This document shows positions 62,909-64,000 of a DNA stretch of 64,000 nt, one piece after another. Under the pieces are notes generated by a model, which was given only the letters and a program-made list of their open reading frames with translations, searched no databases and was not told the DNA's origin. The first letter of the stretch is position 1, and every line of letters starts with the position of its first letter. The translations under genes were made by a program, and so were the position numbers. The DNA is from Obrimoposthia wandeli (taxonomy: Eukaryota): the NCBI GenBank assembly GCA_977020255.1, contig CDROCS010000184.1:62001-126000 (forward strand), in the 5' to 3' direction.

Positions 62909-63922
62909 TGTTAAATAGTAATAATAATGAATAATTAATTTAAACCAACTTTTGAATTCTAAATGTTATCATATTAGACTCTCTTTGTGTTCAAGATGCT
63001 TGTTTGGTTTTTGAACTGAACTTGCATTTAGCAAATATATCACTCATTGTGCTATCAATAATGATGTTATTAATTCTTTAGTTCAGAATATTTCAATAAA
63101 ATTGTTAAAACGTTGGTGATTGTGACCCAAAGGTTTTTCAAACTGTCGGTATATAACATTTGTTGAATTGATTTATGTCCTCGTGTTTCAACTTTGTGTT
63201 AAAGATTTTTTTGTGATAGTATTTATAGGAGTGCTGCCCCTTTTAAATGTACCAGTATGTGTGCATCTGTAACCACAAGTTAGAAGGTATAGTCAACGGA
63301 TACGAGATACTACACAACTGGACCAGGCTGAAGAATCAATGCTACAGAGAGAGGGATCTTGACGGAGACGACTGTAATGTGGAGAGAGGGGATAGTATGC
63401 TGAAAAAATCGATAGGGACATCCGGTCAAGGAGATAAGGAGTGTGTGTGTTGGATTCACGTATTGTTATAAGCAAATGCTGCACTGTTATCTGTGAGGAT
63501 CAGGATTAGCAATGGGAGCGGACATGGCGTTGTCTCCGTAGCTGTGACCGGTCGGAGTAGATGAGTGGTCTGGAATACCACGTGTTGTTGCTGGGAGGTC
63601 CAATAGATAAGAGAAATCGATCCGAGAGAGATTTAGGGAAGCGAAGCGATCAACGCGTGATTGAGAGCGATCTCTGTCAAACTCGCTGTCACATAGTGGC
63701 AGTTGAGAATCTCTGAGTGGTTACTTGGATGGGTTAAATGCCAAAAATTAGACAAGTACCCGCGAGGTCAGATATAACAATTCGTGCCGTTTCCCTGATG
63801 AGTCCGGCTGAACGAAACGTGGTTTTTTCCTCGTTGGATAATGACAATATTTCGCATCCAAAAATTTGGGCATTTTTCTTTATCAACTTCATTAATTAAT
63901 TTTTAAATCTCAAAACCCAACA
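62909..63922 (+). mobile_element. Solo LTR-like element C (opposite orientation) with a hammerhead
   Basis: TGTTAAA...CCCAACA; the end mirrors the TGTTGGG of A; flanks TTGA/CTGA (one mismatch); TTTGGGCATTTT matches the reverse complement of the block beside the hammerhead in A and B. Confidence 0.65.
63785..63846 (+). ncRNA. Type I hammerhead ribozyme, partly decayed
   Basis: UUCC-CUGAUGA-GUCC(GGCU)GAAC-GAAA-CGUGG(UUUUUU)CCUCG-UU|GGA; one mismatch each in stems II and III; GUU triplet. Confidence 0.8.
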
Positions 63923-64000
63923 CTGACAAAACCACATTATTCAATATGCCTAAAGCATTATTATGCAAATAAACTGATTTTCCAAAATCAGTTTCTCCAT

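Overview
AT-rich eukaryotic (very probably invertebrate metazoan) genomic DNA. It holds two intact spliced host genes, CFAP58/CCDC147 (minus strand, 6 exons, about 880 aa) and an AMSH/STAMBP-type JAMM deubiquitinase (plus strand, 3 exons, about 380 aa), set among decayed mobile elements. These are piggyBac, pogo/Tigger, LINE, Ty3/gypsy and hAT remnants, plus three Polinton/Maverick (adintovirus-like) elements. One Polinton is TIR-bounded (25764-40511) and carries pPolB, integrase, packaging ATPase, adenain-like protease, penton, IAP and a TBP-like gene; its major capsid gene is nearly all deleted. Two observations stand out. (1) Three TG...CA solo-LTR-like insertions with 4-bp TSDs each carry a type I hammerhead ribozyme about 75-150 nt from one end: one intact, two decayed, with compensatory stem changes between copies. 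This looks like an LTR-retrozyme or ribozyme-armed LTR retrotransposon family. (2) Polinton genes (protease, TBP-like, probably pPolB) contain about 40-nt spliceosomal introns of host size, at positions shared between divergent copies. All calls come from manual reading and motif recall, with no database searches; boundaries of decayed elements are approximate.
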